DNA of 64,000 nt from the NCBI GenBank assembly GCA_028534125.1, contig CM052818.1, positions 30,878,001 to 30,942,000 of the forward strand, in the 5' to 3' direction. Shown here piece by piece: positions 37,906-51,380 of this stretch. The stretch's first letter is position 1, and each line of letters begins with the position of its first letter. The translations under genes were made by a program, and so were the position numbers. Origin of the DNA: Lama glama (Eukaryota). The notes below the pieces were generated by a model. The model did not search any database, was not told where the DNA came from, and saw nothing but the letters and a program-made list of their open reading frames with translations.

Positions 37906-38599
37906 GGAGAAGTTAATTCTCTGCCCTTAGAGTAGAGGATGGAGGATGCAGCAAGTGCATGGTCTAGGAGTGCAGAGAGGGACTGTCCCCAAAAGACACT
38001 GAGAAGTGACAATGGATGCTCAGGGCCAAAATATAACGAATGTCTACCAGACCTCAGAGACTTTCAGATAATCTTCTTTTGCTCTCTTCTCGTTCCTGTA
38101 TACTAGAAGATGTCTTCATGTCTGTATTTTCCCTTCTGCTAGATTTTACTCAAGAGAATGAGGGAGAAGCTTCTATAACTGTGATTAGTTATCCTGTCTC
38201 ACAAGCAGGCAGTACGTCTCATACCCCCTGACACTGCATGGAGTCCATGAGACTCTCCCTGAGTCTTCCCCCAGTTAGAGGCTCCTGACTGCTTCTCCTT
38301 GATTGAGAACCAGGACTAAGCTGATGGTGTGTAGTCATACAGAAAGAAAGGAGGAATGTTTCAGGAGGATACATTCAATAGGATACAACCAGACAGAGGA
38401 CAGAAATCCAAAATGAGAGACCCAGGGTCCTGAGTTATCTTCAGAGACCAGCATCTACTATTGCCAGACCTCTCCACTTAGGTCAAGTTGTGCTTTGGCC
38501 AAATGTGGTGTTGTTGGCGGTGGTGATATTTACCGTCTTCCCTGTGTGTACATTTCCATGGTATTCAGAACAGGTTTTCACTTAGGGCATGTGTTATTA

Positions 38600-38790
38600 G
38601 AAGACCCTAATGTGAAATCGTGACTGTCATTTTTTAGTTGTGTGACCCTGGGTGAATCATTTAACTTTTTACTCTCAGATTACACTTACACAGAGTGGGA
38701 ATAATGGCGGTGTTTTCCCTGTATATTTCCCAGGATTGATGCGAGGATTAAATGAGACAAAATATAGACAAGTGCTTTGAAAACTAATGC
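38600..38790 (+). mobile_element. MIR SINE
   Basis: TAGTTGTGTGACCCTGGGTGAATCATTTAAC...GAGGATTAAATGAGA. Confidence 0.75.
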
Positions 38791-38966
38791 ACAGAAGAGA
38801 GCCTTATCTTTTAACGACTTTGTTTTTACCTGCATAAAGTTATATATTTTAAGAATCTTAGACTAAACTCTTGATTTTAGAGGAGGAAACCAAAGTGACA
38901 GGAGGTTTGGTCAGGATCATAGGCTTAGTGAGTCGGACTCGCTTCCTGTCCATTCTGAGACAGTAC

Positions 38967-39444
38967 CGTGGTAGGTAAAATAAGAGCCCCCGCTCCCCCA
39001 GGATGTCCTCGTCCTTATCCTAGAAACTGTATGTTAAGTTACATGACAAAGGAGAGTGAAGTTGTTAATCAGTTGACCTGAAATTAAGGAGATTATCCTG
39101 GATTACCCAGGGGAATCCAACGTAAATACAAGAGTCCTTAAAAGGGGTGGGGGTCGGAATGATTAATGTGAGGACTTCACTCGCTGTTGCTGGCTTTGGA
39201 GATAGAGATAGAGGAGAGAGAACATGGGCCAAGGAATACAGGTGGACTCTAGGAGCTGGAGAAGGGAGGGAAACCTATTCTGCCCTAGAGCCTCCAAAGG
39301 ACCACACCTTTGCTGACACCTTGATTCTAGTCCAGAGACGCGTGTTGGACTTCTAACCTACAGAACTCTGGGAGAATACATTCACATTGTTTTAAGCCAC
39401 CAATTTATGGTCAGTTGTGATAGCAGCCATATGAAAGGAATTCA
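38967..39444 (+). mobile_element. MLT1D-like solo LTR (ERVL-MaLR)
   Basis: GGAGATTATCCTGGATTACCCAGG...CCCTAGAGCCTCCA...TGCTGACACCTTGATT...GTTTTAAGCCACC...TAGCAGCCATA; possible degenerate 5-bp TSD AGTAC/GGCAC. Confidence 0.85.
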
Positions 39445-42359
39445 GGCACTGCTCCTCACATTTAATTAGGCACAGATAGGTGGAGAAACTCTTAAGTCCT
39501 AAGTGTCAGCTACTTTGGGAACTTTTTCTTGAGAAAGGAGTTGCTGGGTTGAAAATATTCAGTAACTACTATGGGAGATAGCCTGGAACAGATTAGGATG
39601 TTAAATCGCTGGTTTGGGAAATAAATTTTCCTCTCTTTTTAGCTAGTCTGCATTCCCTCCTTGGAGGGTCAGGAGCTTTAAACTTTTTTAGTGGCTTGCT
39701 GTAATCATTGCTTGTCCTGATGAGTAGGCAGGTTGACTTTTCCAGGACCGAAGAACACTCTAGTGGAAAGTAAAAAGTAGGAAGTTGAGGCAAAGACCAT
39801 TTTCGTATAAATGGAAGTGGTGACTCTGGCATATGCACTTTTTGGGGATGATTTCCCCCATGTCCAATTAGTACTAGGTAGGAAAGGAGTAGCTTGAGGC
39901 AGGACCCAGGCTGGGTCAGATACGAATAGCTTGCAGTTGTTCTGTTGTTGGGGCTGATGTGCATTTGTTAGCACATCTGGAACAAGGCGGAAATTCACAG
40001 ACACTGAAGGCTGGGTGGGATCCTAGTGGTTACCCTACCTTGTCTGGTGTTGGTGACATTGAGCTATTAAGGTGACAAATCTCTACCAAGATTAAGCCAT
40101 CTCTGGTTGTCTTCTCTTTGTTTGCCACCTTTTCTTTCTTTGCCTACTCCCACTGTTGTTTCCATAACTCTTGTCTGCTGTCAGTTCCTCTTTAACTCAG
40201 CACATTTTTGTACTTGCAGTGATTCAGCCAGAATATGCTCATTGATTCCACCCCAGATTTGACATTTGTCTGGCGGTTCTTTTGTATCAGCTTCTGGCCT
40301 CTTTCTCATTTTCATCTTGATACTCTTACCTGGCTTCTGGTCCAGTCTGCTCATTGGACAGATGAGCTACTAAGGCCAGAGAGGAGAAATGACCCGCATG
40401 GGGCCCAGTATCATGGGACAGCAATGGAACCAGAGCCTAATTTCTTCTCCAGAGATTCCTGCCCCTCACCCAACACATTCCCCACAGTGAGTCTCTGTGG
40501 GGGCATCATTTCTGGACCAGATGCAGCCTGTGCCTTCCAGTCTCAAGGCCAGCCTCATGCTCTTTGGGAAAACCACTTAATCATGAACTTTCATTTTCCA
40601 CATGCAAAATGGAGAAAGCAGAGAAGCTGAGAGGCACCTGGGGAATGGTAGAGTCTGGCATGTGCAATAAAAATGGATCAAAGAAGGCCAAAGGCTGTCA
40701 TGTTGCTGGGGCAAAGAGGGCATCTGGCCACGTGTTGCCCATGTCCTGTCTCTGTCATAGAATTCCCTTTAATCACTCTCTGATCACACAAATAGCTGTG
40801 ACTTTCAAGTCGTGCAATGCCCAAGCCTGCAGCTGGGGTAGATCTTATTGCACCAAAACGAATATGAATGACCTGGATGAAATGGGTTTCCACCCAATCA
40901 CCGTGCTTGGGGGGGGCTTCTCAGGTCCTGCTCAGACTAGTTCAGCCCAGGTCTGGGAATAACCTGGCAGCCTTACTGTTCTGCTCATGGATGTTTTTCT
41001 TTCTTGGAGGCTGCAAGTCTGCAAAAGTGTTTTTCAGTCCATTGGCATTCAACACCCGCTGGATGCTACAGAAATAAAGTGATGTAGACATGATAGATAA
41101 TAATAAGAAATGTAGCACTTGTCATTTGTTAACAGTGCTATTCATTATTCTTTGCAGCAGCGTGGTATGATAGATTCATGTTATCTTCTGCCTAAAGAGG
41201 AGGGACGGAAGCCTGGTGTGCGGGAATCCACATACTGTGTCTGTGGTCTCTGCTCAGGATGTGTGGCCCCAGACTCCGCAGACATCGCCTCTAGAAGTGG
41301 TGTGTCCTCTCCTGTGGGTTGGCTAACGGCATCTTAGATCCCCAGTATTGGTAAAGACTGGGCAGGCTGTCAAGGTTTCAGTCTCCCTTACCTCAGAACT
41401 ATCCCTTAAGGTTCTTTGAGCTGTACTTCAGAGTATGCATCTCAAGCTAGCTTCTGCCATGTGAGACTCTTCTAGTGGTCCAGAAGTGTGGTCATGGAAC
41501 CCAGGCCTCAGGCAGAGTTTGGAGCCCAGGACTGCAAGGCTATTGGGAACCTAGGGGAACTCTTTCTCTGTCTCAGCCCTCTCCTCCTCTCTGTGCATCT
41601 GCTTTATTCTTCTTTCCTGGCAGACCAGCCTTCCCTGCTCCTCAGCCCACATGCTGAGCAGAAAGGTTATGCTCAGTCACACAGAGCACCCCTGTTTTTT
41701 CCATCCCTGTCCTGACCAGCTTTCAGGTTCTAAGGTAAGCGACACTAGTGTGCCAAGCTCTGGACAGGAGCCATGTGGTTGAATCACGTTGTATAAACAT
41801 GGCATCCAGGAACCTCCTACCCTGCGGATGCTTGTGATGTAGTTAAGGAGGCCTTTGCAAGATGAGTCATCTTCTAAAAGTTGAACAGATGCTGGTCACT
41901 GATCACTGCATTTTATACTCACAATATTGTATATTCACTACTTTGAGTGTATATGCGGATGGGGAGATCATCGCTGGAGGCAGCACAGACGGCTTGGGTG
42001 CCTCCTTATGTTGAGCTGAAAGGGGTCTTCAGTCCCAGGTTTATTTCTTGCAGCCACATAGAAGGATCGTGATCTTCCTTTTGCATGACAGTTCTTTGCA
42101 TCATTGAAGGCACCCTCTTAATGATTTCTCTAACCATTCTTCCTTTGACATATGTCTGAGTACCAGAACATTCCTGGTTGCCTACCTGAAAGTGATCCAT
42201 TTAGTCTGTACCTCTATTAAAGTAGAACCCCCAGAATCAAATCCCAACTCATTCTAGATCTTTTTCCAGGAGTAGTCTTTTTTTTTTCCTTCCCAACATC
42301 TTCTTTAATCATTTCTTTTTCAGGAGTAGTCTTGGGGTGAGTAGAAAGATGGTCTATAG

Positions 42360-42698
42360 TAGGAGTTGGCAAACTTTTCCATTGAAGAACCAATTAGTAA
42401 ATAATTTGTCTTTACAGGCCATATGGTCCCTGGTTCAGCTGCTCAGCTCTGCTGGTGTAGCCTGAAAGCAGCCATGGACAATCTGTAAACACGTGGGCAT
42501 GGCTGTGTTTTGATAAATCTTTATTTATGGACACTGTAATTTGAATTTCATCTACTTTTCATGTGTCACAAAATGCTCTTCTTTTGAGTTTTTTTTCAAA
42601 CTATTTGAAAATGTTAAAATCAGTGCTTAGTACACCTGTTATACCAAAGCAGGTGGTGGGTCAGATTTGGCCAGTGGGCTGTAGCTTGCCGACCTCTG
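42360..42698 (+). mobile_element. Full-length MER58B-like hAT-Charlie DNA transposon with TIRs and 8-bp TSD
   Basis: Termini TAGGAGTTGGCAAAC and GCTTGCCGACCTCTG; flanks GTCTATAG (42352-42359) and GTCTGTAT (42699-42706). Confidence 0.88.
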
Positions 42699-44389
42699 GT
42701 CTGTATTCTATATTTAAGGGGTCTGAGTACCTCTCTCAGTCAAAACAAATACAACTCTTTTCACCCAGGTCTGAAATACTACCACTGCTGGAGGAGGGAA
42801 AACTTGCCGTCTATGCAAGGGAAGGGAGGTCAGAGGGTCTGTTTAAAAGTGAAATATTTGGGGGTGAGGGAATCCAGCCTCTACAACTTTAGTATGAATT
42901 AGTACTAATGATGTACCTTTGTAAGACACTTGCCAGTTTATAAACATGCATTAGTTAGTTCTGTCCTCATGGAACCTGTGAAGTATATATTAAAATACGT
43001 GCCTTCACAGAAGAGGAGAAAGTCCCTTAAATATAAAGGGACAGCCTCCAGCTCCATGGTTCAGGCAGAACTGAGACTCCTCTCAGGCAGGTTGAGTGCT
43101 CCACCACCTCTGTTGTCAGAATAGAACAAAACGTATCAGGCACCCAATTGTGTCTGTCACCCTCCTGGAGGAGGAAACATAGGTGGATCAGACATAGCCC
43201 CGGACCCAGAGAGCTCAGACCCTCTTGGGGAAGATACCTTATGTCATTGTTTGGCTATAAGGTGAGAGTAGGGGACCTTCGGAAGCTCAGAAGAGAGGAC
43301 CCTCACCCAGCCCAGCCATGGACTGGAGGGCTTCTTGAGGGACACTTTTCTCCAACAGAGGAGGAGGGGTGGGCTGACTTGACGATTCTGGCGTGTGGAC
43401 ATGATGGGAACTTGGGAGGGTGGCTTGGATCCCTGGAGGGGAGGGAAGGTGAGCGCCCCCACCTGCTTCATGAGTTTGCCTGTGGCAGCCCTGTTGCCAA
43501 GCGAGGAGTGTTCTTTGGACTCGTCCTGTTTTCTCCCCACATAACTGGTGGATGTGAAGATGGCACTGCAGGAAAGCTTCTGAAACCATCAGATTCCTTG
43601 AACCATGACTTCAAGGTCCACTCCGTCACCCTGGCTCAGGCTGGGAAGAGCCTCAAGAGTGAGCTCCCTTTCCTGTGTTTCAGATATAAAGAAGATCTGC
43701 ATAGCTGGGATGGAGGGAGCATGCCGGCTGCTTGTTATTTCTGGGACCCCTTGCATGAAATACAGGCTCCCTAGCATCACCTGTCAGATCTGCTGTCTTT
43801 TGTTTCATTGAAAATAAAACAGAAAGCCCTCTAAGCAGTGGCATTAAAGAACACCTGGAAAATAACCCTTCTGCTTTCTCAGGGAAGATGTCAGTACGTC
43901 CGAGGCAGGATTGATTTTTGAGGCAGTCATGAAGAAAAAAAAATCCAAAACCCAAATGGATCAGGCTTCAGGGAAGTTGGCCTAAGAAGTGAGAAAAAAA
44001 ATAACCCCAAACCAGAAAATGTGCCTGTCTCCAAAAACAATAGTTCTGGTGGCTAACTCTTAACAGCTGGTCTTGCCTGATTTGTTTTGGTCCAAGTCAG
44101 CTATTCTAGAAGATGAAACAGTGACAGACAAATACTTTTTCTTCTTAAGCCAGTTAACAAGTAATTATTAAGCCTCCTCAGCATGACCGTCACAATGTCA
44201 GGGTAGTTAGCAAAGGCTTTCAGAGAGTGGGGCTTATTAGAGTTTAAATCAGTGGAGAAAATGAGACATTTAAGGAGAGGCAAACAGCAGGCAACAAATC
44301 ACCTCTCACCACCATCTTTGAGTTGCTGTCATTATCCCCTGGGAAGTTCAAGTCCCTCCAGTCTGAGCACCTCATCTTTCCTTGACCAG

Positions 44390-46040
44390 ACTTTTAAACC
44401 TTCTGTCATCTGCACCCACATTTTCCCCTCTTATTACAGTGGAGGATGCCACACTCTCCTTTTATCTAAGGCCAACCTCATCACTTGTCCTTGGGAATCT
44501 TCCCTTCTCGCTATCTCATAGATGTTGACCTTCCGAAGCTATCTCACCTCTCCCAGACATCAAAATCCTCTGTCATGATGGTAGGTCATTTTCCCGTTAG
44601 TATACAAACATAACTCCAGTATCACCTATATTAAAACTAATCCTATCTGACCACACATTTCCCCTTGTATCAATCAGTCATATCCATAATAATGCTGCAT
44701 AACAAATAAGCACAGCATCTCAAGGGCATGCATACAACAAGCATTTGTTCTCTTGCTTATAGAATTGTGGGTTGGCTACAAGTCCACAGATCTAAGCTGG
44801 GCTCCATGTTGTGGATTGTGTTCTAGTCCGTTCCATGTCTTTCATCATCCTTTATCCACAGGTTACCCAATGTGTATTTTTCTCATTGAGAAGGGCTGGA
44901 GCCAAAGACAGCAAGCCCAGTTAGGCAGGTACATTTCAAGCCTTTGTTCAGGGCATATCTGCACATCTCATGGCCTGACCATATCAGATGTCCAGGCCAG
45001 TGGGGTGGGAAGTACACTTCTCTCTTGTAGATGGAGGGAGAGGGAGTGAATGTTTGCTGAGCAATAATCTACCATATTCTTTTATCTTCAGTGCTTTTGT
45101 TCTATTTCTCATGATAGTCAGTGCTCTGGAAGAGGTTGCCTGCTCACGGTAAGCCATCCCCCAGTTCCTCACCTCCTGTTCTGTCTTCATCTCCTCTAGT
45201 GGCTTCTGTCACAACCACTCCACTTTGGCCCCTCTGGTCAAAGTCACCAGCATTGTCACACTGTCAAAGCCAATGGATGTGTTTCCATCCTCATCTAACT
45301 TTGTCTGTCTCCCAGTAACATTCCCTCCTTCTGGAACTCCATTCTCTTTGGGATTTTCCAGCTTCCTGCCCCTCCATGACTGCCCCTCCTCATCTCTTTC
45401 TTCTCTCCTCCAGCTCAGTGGTGGTATTTCTCAGGACGGGGTCTGGAGCCCCTCTTCTCTTCTTTCTCTAAGCTCCATCACTTTTCACAGAGTTTGAGGA
45501 ATCTTCTCTGTGTTGATGACCCCTGAATGTATGGGTTTCGCTCAGGGATCTGAGTGTTACGTGCTCTCTGTTCAGCTGTCTTGACTTTGCCTTCTGGATG
45601 TGCATAACCGTTGAAGTCAATCTGTTCAAGTGGAATAGCTTTTCCTTCTATAATTTGCCCCTTCAACTTCAGCCAAAATGGTCCTAAACAGACCACAATG
45701 GCACCTGCCTCAGAGCCTTTGGAAAGGCTGTTTCTTCTTCCTGGAATGCCTTCTGCCCTCCTTCTTCCCACCCCACCCCACCCCTTCCCATCGCTGGTGT
45801 CTTGCCATAGTCGGGGTCCTAGGGTCAAATGTTACCATCCCAGAGAAGCCTTCCTTAGCTGGTCCCTCTAAAGGAGACTGCACTCCCCATGCTGCCTCAT
45901 TTTTAATGTCAGTCCTTATGTTTCCTACCAGTTGCCATGATTAGTCATTCTTTTTATTTGTTCTCTTGGATTTTCTGTCTCCCCAACTAGAATGAACAAT
46001 TCCTGGCAGGCACTCGGTAAATATTTGTTGAATTAATGAC
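44390..46040 (+). mobile_element. L2 LINE fragment split by an MLT1 LTR
   Basis: Pyrimidine-rich L2-like body; 3' end CTGTCTCCCCAACTAGAATG...GGCACTCGGTAAATATTTGTTGAATTAATGA. Confidence 0.75.
44668..45078 (-). mobile_element. MLT1I/J-like LTR nested in L2
   Basis: AATAATGCTGCATAACAAA...CAACAAGCATTT...ACATTTCAAGCC...GGGAGTGAATGTTTGCTGAGCAATAATCTACCA. Confidence 0.7.
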
Positions 46041-47379
46041 CTTGAAAGGCCCACAGAGATGGTTTAGTCAACTATTTGCCAACCTGTAGGCTGTGGACCC
46101 CTAGGGGACTGAGGAATTATTACCCTGGGTCCAGGAGTCCATAGTGTACCAGTCCTCGCTTTGCTGTTGGAGAACCAGTAATAAATCTGACTCATCTATG
46201 GACTACTATTTTCCAGATGATGGTGTTGTAATGAATAAAATACAAATTCATTTGAAAGTATTGCTAAATTCATAGGGTCTTTTTTATCTCACCTTCTAAC
46301 ATAATTCCTGTAACTCTGTCCTCATAGCTGTAAGCACATCTCCAGAGGGATGAAGTTACTTGCTCAAGGTCACATTCTTCCGTGGCAGAAAGGCCTGGAG
46401 AGGGATGGAAAGTAAAGGTCAGCGCCCTGGGGATTAAGAGCACGGGTATGAGCAGACACTCTGAAGGCACCTGCTTCAGCACGACGGTCCCAGGTCCCTG
46501 GGTCTGAGCTGACTTCTGGGGCTAAAAGGCAGTGGTGTGGGGGGAGTAGCAGGTGTGAGGGTGGAAGAGCTGGCAATTCTGTGTGCCTGAAAATCAAGGT
46601 TCGCCTGGAATAGTTTGGCCCTGGTCCAGAGAGCCTGGGACGTAGTGAAGGCCTGATGGCCAGGGTGGGAGGTGATGGTGGCAGAGAAAGTGTGGCACGT
46701 GGGCCGGAGCCAAGCATTTCCATTAGATAAGCAACAGAAAGGCACGAGCGAGCTGAGGGGTTACAGCAATGCAGAGAACGGAAATGGATGACTTCTGATG
46801 AGCCCCTAAGAAGGTGGTGGGGCAGTGGTGACAGGGAGATGGCACAAGTGTGACAGAGGTGGCGGAAGTCAGCATGGGACTTGGGTGTTTCCGGTGTGTA
46901 CATCGGTGCCCAGGCCAGGGGCTGCAGAAGCTAACTTCTCTGCCTCACCCAGCGTGCCTCCTGCCTCATCTCCCTGGATGCCTTCCTGTGGTTAAGGCTC
47001 CCTTGTTGTCCCTGGGCTCGGGGTGGAACTCCTCTGTGGCTGATCATGGGAGCATCTTTTTGAGGCTCTGAAGGTCATGCCTCAGAACAGGCTCCTCCCT
47101 CTTTCTGGAAGCTCTTCTCATCGTCTTGATCCTGGTTCACCTTTCTGGATCCCTGGAAGACCAGGAGTGTGGAGTGAAGACTTTGAATCAGGCTCTGAGT
47201 TGGACAGGTCAGCCTGGCATGGTTAAATGCCATTAATTGGAGGATACCATTGCTTCTGATGGCTTGTGGGCCTGACATCCTGCCAGGTTAGCAAACATTT
47301 GCTTGAAATAACGTTCTCCATGTATGGAAGGATGCTCAGCACGTCACATGTGCTATTTTTAATACTTAACACCAGCTAC

Positions 47380-47520
47380 AGGAGAGCCAGGTTATAGATG
47401 AAGAGACTGGGGTTCAGAGAGGTTAAGTGACTTGCTTAAGACTGCTTAGTTACCAGGGAGCAGAGCCATTATTCCAGTCCTGTCGTGTGGGGTGCACAAA
47501 CCCATGCTTCTTCTCCTTCA
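47380..47520 (-). mobile_element. MIR SINE
   Basis: ATAGATGAAGAGACTGGGGTTCAGAGAGGTTAAGTGACTTGCTTAAG. Confidence 0.8.
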
Positions 47521-48082
47521 CTGGCCCCCACCTCAGCAGTGTTTCCAAAGAGGATACCCCCCACCCCTGCCACGCCCACCCCTAGGACCCAGGCAAGCTG
47601 AGCATCAGGTCAGGCAGCAAAGCCCTTAATAAACGTGGAGCAGCCAGAACACATCAACCACAGGGCTTCAAAAGCTATACCTACAGCTGGCCTAAAGAAG
47701 ACTCTTCCTCCAGCCTCAGGTTCCTGGTTCCTCGCATCAGCCCCCCTCTGTTCAGTGCATGTTCCCAAAACCTGTCCCAACGCACATCTTTAAGGTTCCA
47801 GAATCAGCTGCTTCTGCTTCAGCCAACACACCCAACTCCTAAGTAGCTTGGTCACGTGAACAGCTCACTTCCCTTAGCCTCGGATTCCACCTCTCTGAGA
47901 TCGTTTCCTCATCAAAAGCAAAGGGAAAAAATGGGGCACAATAATGCTTATTTTGGACTTTTGTGCTGAGGATTAAAGGAGGACAAAACTGGAGAACGAG
48001 CCTTGGGCGGCAGTTGCTCCCAGTGCCTGTTCAGCTTGTGTTGGCTGAGGCTGCACGTGGACAGGGATAAACAGGCAGGTTC

Positions 48083-48474
48083 ACACTAAGTGAAGTAGTG
48101 CAGACAGACAAGTACTATATGATGTCCCTTATACGTGGGATCGAAAAAAATGTCACAAGTGAACTTATTTACAAACCAGAAATACACTCATAGACACAAA
48201 AAACAAGCTATGGTTACCAAAGGGGAAAGGGCTGGAGGGATAAATTAGGAGTTTGGGACTAACAAATACACACTGCTATATATGAAAGAGATAAACAACC
48301 AGGACTTACTGTATAGCACAGGGAACTGTGTTCAATATCTTGTAATAACCTATAATGGAAAAGAATCTGAAAAAGAATATGTATGTATAATCGAATCACT
48401 TTGCTCTACACTTGAAACTAACACAACTTATGAATCAACTATATACTTCAATAAAAAAGAAAGAAAAAGAAAAT
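48083..48474 (+). mobile_element. 5'-truncated artiodactyl-type L1 3' end with A tail
   Basis: CTAAGTGAAGTA...GTATAGCACAGGGAACT...CTATATACTTCAATAAAAAAGAAAGAAAAAGAAAA; similar to 15770-16130. Confidence 0.9.
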
Positions 48475-49317
48475 TCCGGTTCTGACTGTCAACCTGGTGC
48501 ACTTTCTCCCCTACCTGCTGGATATCAGCAGCCTGTAAAAATCATGTTCCTAAGTCCATCCCTAAAACCCTCAAGGAACTGAGGGATCCCTTCACCAACA
48601 ACCTCTCACAGAGCATTCTCTGGGCCCTCCTTGCTGGCACTGTTTCTAAGTTTCACCAGCCCCAGGAGATGAAATAGGAACCCAGAGTTGTGTAATGTCC
48701 TTTCTGTGGGTCACACATAAGGTCTGATGACAGGGTATGGGGAAGGCCTTCGGCCTCAGCCCCAACTCAGGAGACCAGGACCTGCCCACTGAACCAGGGC
48801 TCCCTGAGAGTAATTCCCAGCCGAGCTCTTAGGCCTTTCTGCAGAGACACATCCCAGGACACAGCAGATCAGAACCCTAGTCCCACTACTCAGCTTATTC
48901 AAATGCTGTGCACCACCTGTCGGGCTTCTGCAGTGAGTGAGACTCTGGGTAGAGGTTAAAACTCAATGAAGGGCAGAGAGACCAGCTGAAACTCAGTGAG
49001 CCCAGGCACGGCCAGACCTCACTTCTGACCATTCCCTCCCACACCCTTGTTTGTTTCCTTTAACTGGAACCGACAGGAGGAAATGATTAGCCTGGGCAGC
49101 TTGTTAATGATCATCGATTCCCTGGGTTCTCTTCATCAGGTGCTGTGATGGGAAAAGCTAGACCATGATCCTCCAACAAGAAAACTCAGCTTTACCCCCA
49201 AGCAGATGTGGTACCTGGCTCCCTGACTCTCCTGGCCTATGATGCCCAGAGCTAAAGGCACTTAAGCCTACCTGCAGCTTCTGTCCCACCCCAGGCTCTG
49301 TCATCAGTCTGGGCACA

Positions 49318-49436
49318 AGACAGGGAGAGAAGGACCAGCCCTCTGGGTTTGCCCAGTCTTTGGAGCTTTCGCATGGAATGTCCCTTATCTTGGGAAACCA
49401 TCAATCCTGAGCTGACTGGACAGTTGTTTACCTAGC
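49318..49436. mobile_element. MER81/MER94-like hAT-Blackjack MITE remnant
   Basis: GACCAGCCCTCTGGGTTTGCCCAG...GGACAGTTGTTTACCTAG resembles the TAGGGTGACC/GGTCACCCTA termini. Confidence 0.5.
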
Positions 49437-50103
49437 AGGGAACATTTCATCCTCCCTCTCCTCCTCTTCATCGGTAATAACTAATATTGAGTGCTTCCTG
49501 GGTACCAAGTTGAACTGTGCCACACATTCTGAATCTTTAGGAAGTTGATAATCCCTGTCAGGAAGTTGAGACAGAGGTCAGTTAATTCACCGGGTCAGCT
49601 CCTGCACGACTATTTCCCTGAACCCCTAACTCATGTTCTCAGTGCAGGTCAGCCTCCTGTGGGGGCTTCTCTAATCCGGTTTCCCCAAGCTCCTTCCTTG
49701 TCCTGGTCTCTGATTCTCAGCTTCTCCTCTAGCTGAGACCCACTGAGTATTACAGTACCCCGGGACTGAGGTCGGCCTTGTTCCTGACCTCTGTCCTGGA
49801 ATTCTGTAAGACCCTGGCGCATCACACTTGAACTTCGAACGCTGAGGCTTGGTCTTTACACCAGCACTTGGATCCTGTGTGACTGCCTGCTCTGTTGCTT
49901 AGTAATTATAGTTGGTGCTTGGTTGGCCTTCCTGGAATTATTTGCAGCTGGCCTAGGTTTGCAGAAGGCTCTCCTTTCCCTGTTGGCAAGGCAGGGAGAG
50001 CTCAGCCTTTTTCATATCAGTCTGAACATCCTATAACTAGGGAGACAAATAGACCACTGGAAATATCATGCGCTCCAAAGGCACATACAAATGACTTTTG
50101 GAA

Positions 50104-50600
50104 AGGGTGGGCTCAATTAAAATCAAATTGATTCAAATCATGATTTGAATCACTAGTCGGGAAGAGTCGATTAAATCAATATTTTCCCTGCAAAAGTGCA
50201 TTCATTTTTGATATAATTTTAATGCACAGTCTTCACAGCTCTGACAGAGATAGATGTGGTTTTCATTTTTAGAAGTTACATACCATGCATTTTTAAGCTG
50301 TGATTTATTTTGACATTTCGTTGAATCAATTTTGCAGCCACGTCTGAGTCTTGAGTGATGACTTGGTTATTTTATTTACCAAAGCTAATCAAACAAATGT
50401 GTATAATTTTCCCAACAAAATAAGCATGTGCACTTTTGAATGTTTAACTGTTTTTTCTTTTCTGTAAATGTAAAAATGTATAAAAATTGCTGAGATGAAA
50501 TTAGACTGTTTTGGGCAGATCCAACCCAAAATACTTACTATATTTTGGACTTAACTTGGTCTTTTCCTTTCCTTTCTGCTTACTTATATTAGGAAAGAAT
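50104..50600. mobile_element. Zaphod-like hAT-Tip100 DNA transposon end fragment
   Basis: AGGGTGGGC start followed by repeated GATTT(A/G)AATC subterminal motifs and an AT-rich body; right boundary uncertain. Confidence 0.55.
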
Positions 50601-50926
50601 GGGTAAGCTCTTCTACTTTTGTAGTTCCCAAATGATTTTAAAACTTAGGCTGTGTTAGTCTTCTTTGGAAGATGCTTTTGTATGTGTAGAGAAGAAATGG
50701 CTCTGATCACACCCACTTGATATTCCTCCTAATCGTTGCTGAGAATCCAGTGGTTGACTTCTGCTAGCCTTTGGTGTGACCTTCACAAAGCTTTGTCAGC
50801 ATCTTTCATGATTGATTGAGCTTTACCCTATCTAAAACAAATTCTTTTCATACAGATCAGTGGATTTTATTTTAAGAACATCTTTTCATAATAACAAAAA
50901 CTACCCACCCCCTGCCATTTTCCCCC

Positions 50927-51380
50927 TTTTTTATTGAAGTATAGGCAGTTTACAATGTTCTGTCACTTTCTGGTGTACAGCATTATGTTTCAGTCATACA
51001 TATACATATATATTTATTTTCACAATCTTTTTCATTATAGGTTACTATAAGATACTGAATATAGTTCCCTGTGCTATACAGAAGAAACTTGTTGTTCATC
51101 TATTTTATATATAGTAGTTAGTATCTGCAAATCTCAAACTCTCGATTTGTCCCTTCCCACCCACTTTCCCCCCGGCAACCATAAGTTTGTTTTCTATGTC
51201 TGTGAGTCAGTTTCTGTTTTGTAAATAAGTTCATTCATGCACCCCAATGTTCACAGCAGCACTATTTATAATAGCCAAGACATGGAAACAACCTAAATGT
51301 CCATCGACAGATGACTGGATAAAGAAGATGTGGTATATATACACAGTGGAATACTACTCAGCCATAAAAAAGAGCAAAAT
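50927..51380 (-). mobile_element. Artiodactyl-type L1 with 5' inversion (twin priming)
   Basis: Minus-strand 3' end at 50927-51235 joined to a plus-strand upstream L1 segment at 51236-51380. Confidence 0.85.

Noticed and set aside
43148..43774. 208-aa ORF (also 62019-62654 and 62948-63583)
   Set aside because: Non-ATG starts, no recognisable family or exon structure; the last overlaps a MIR.
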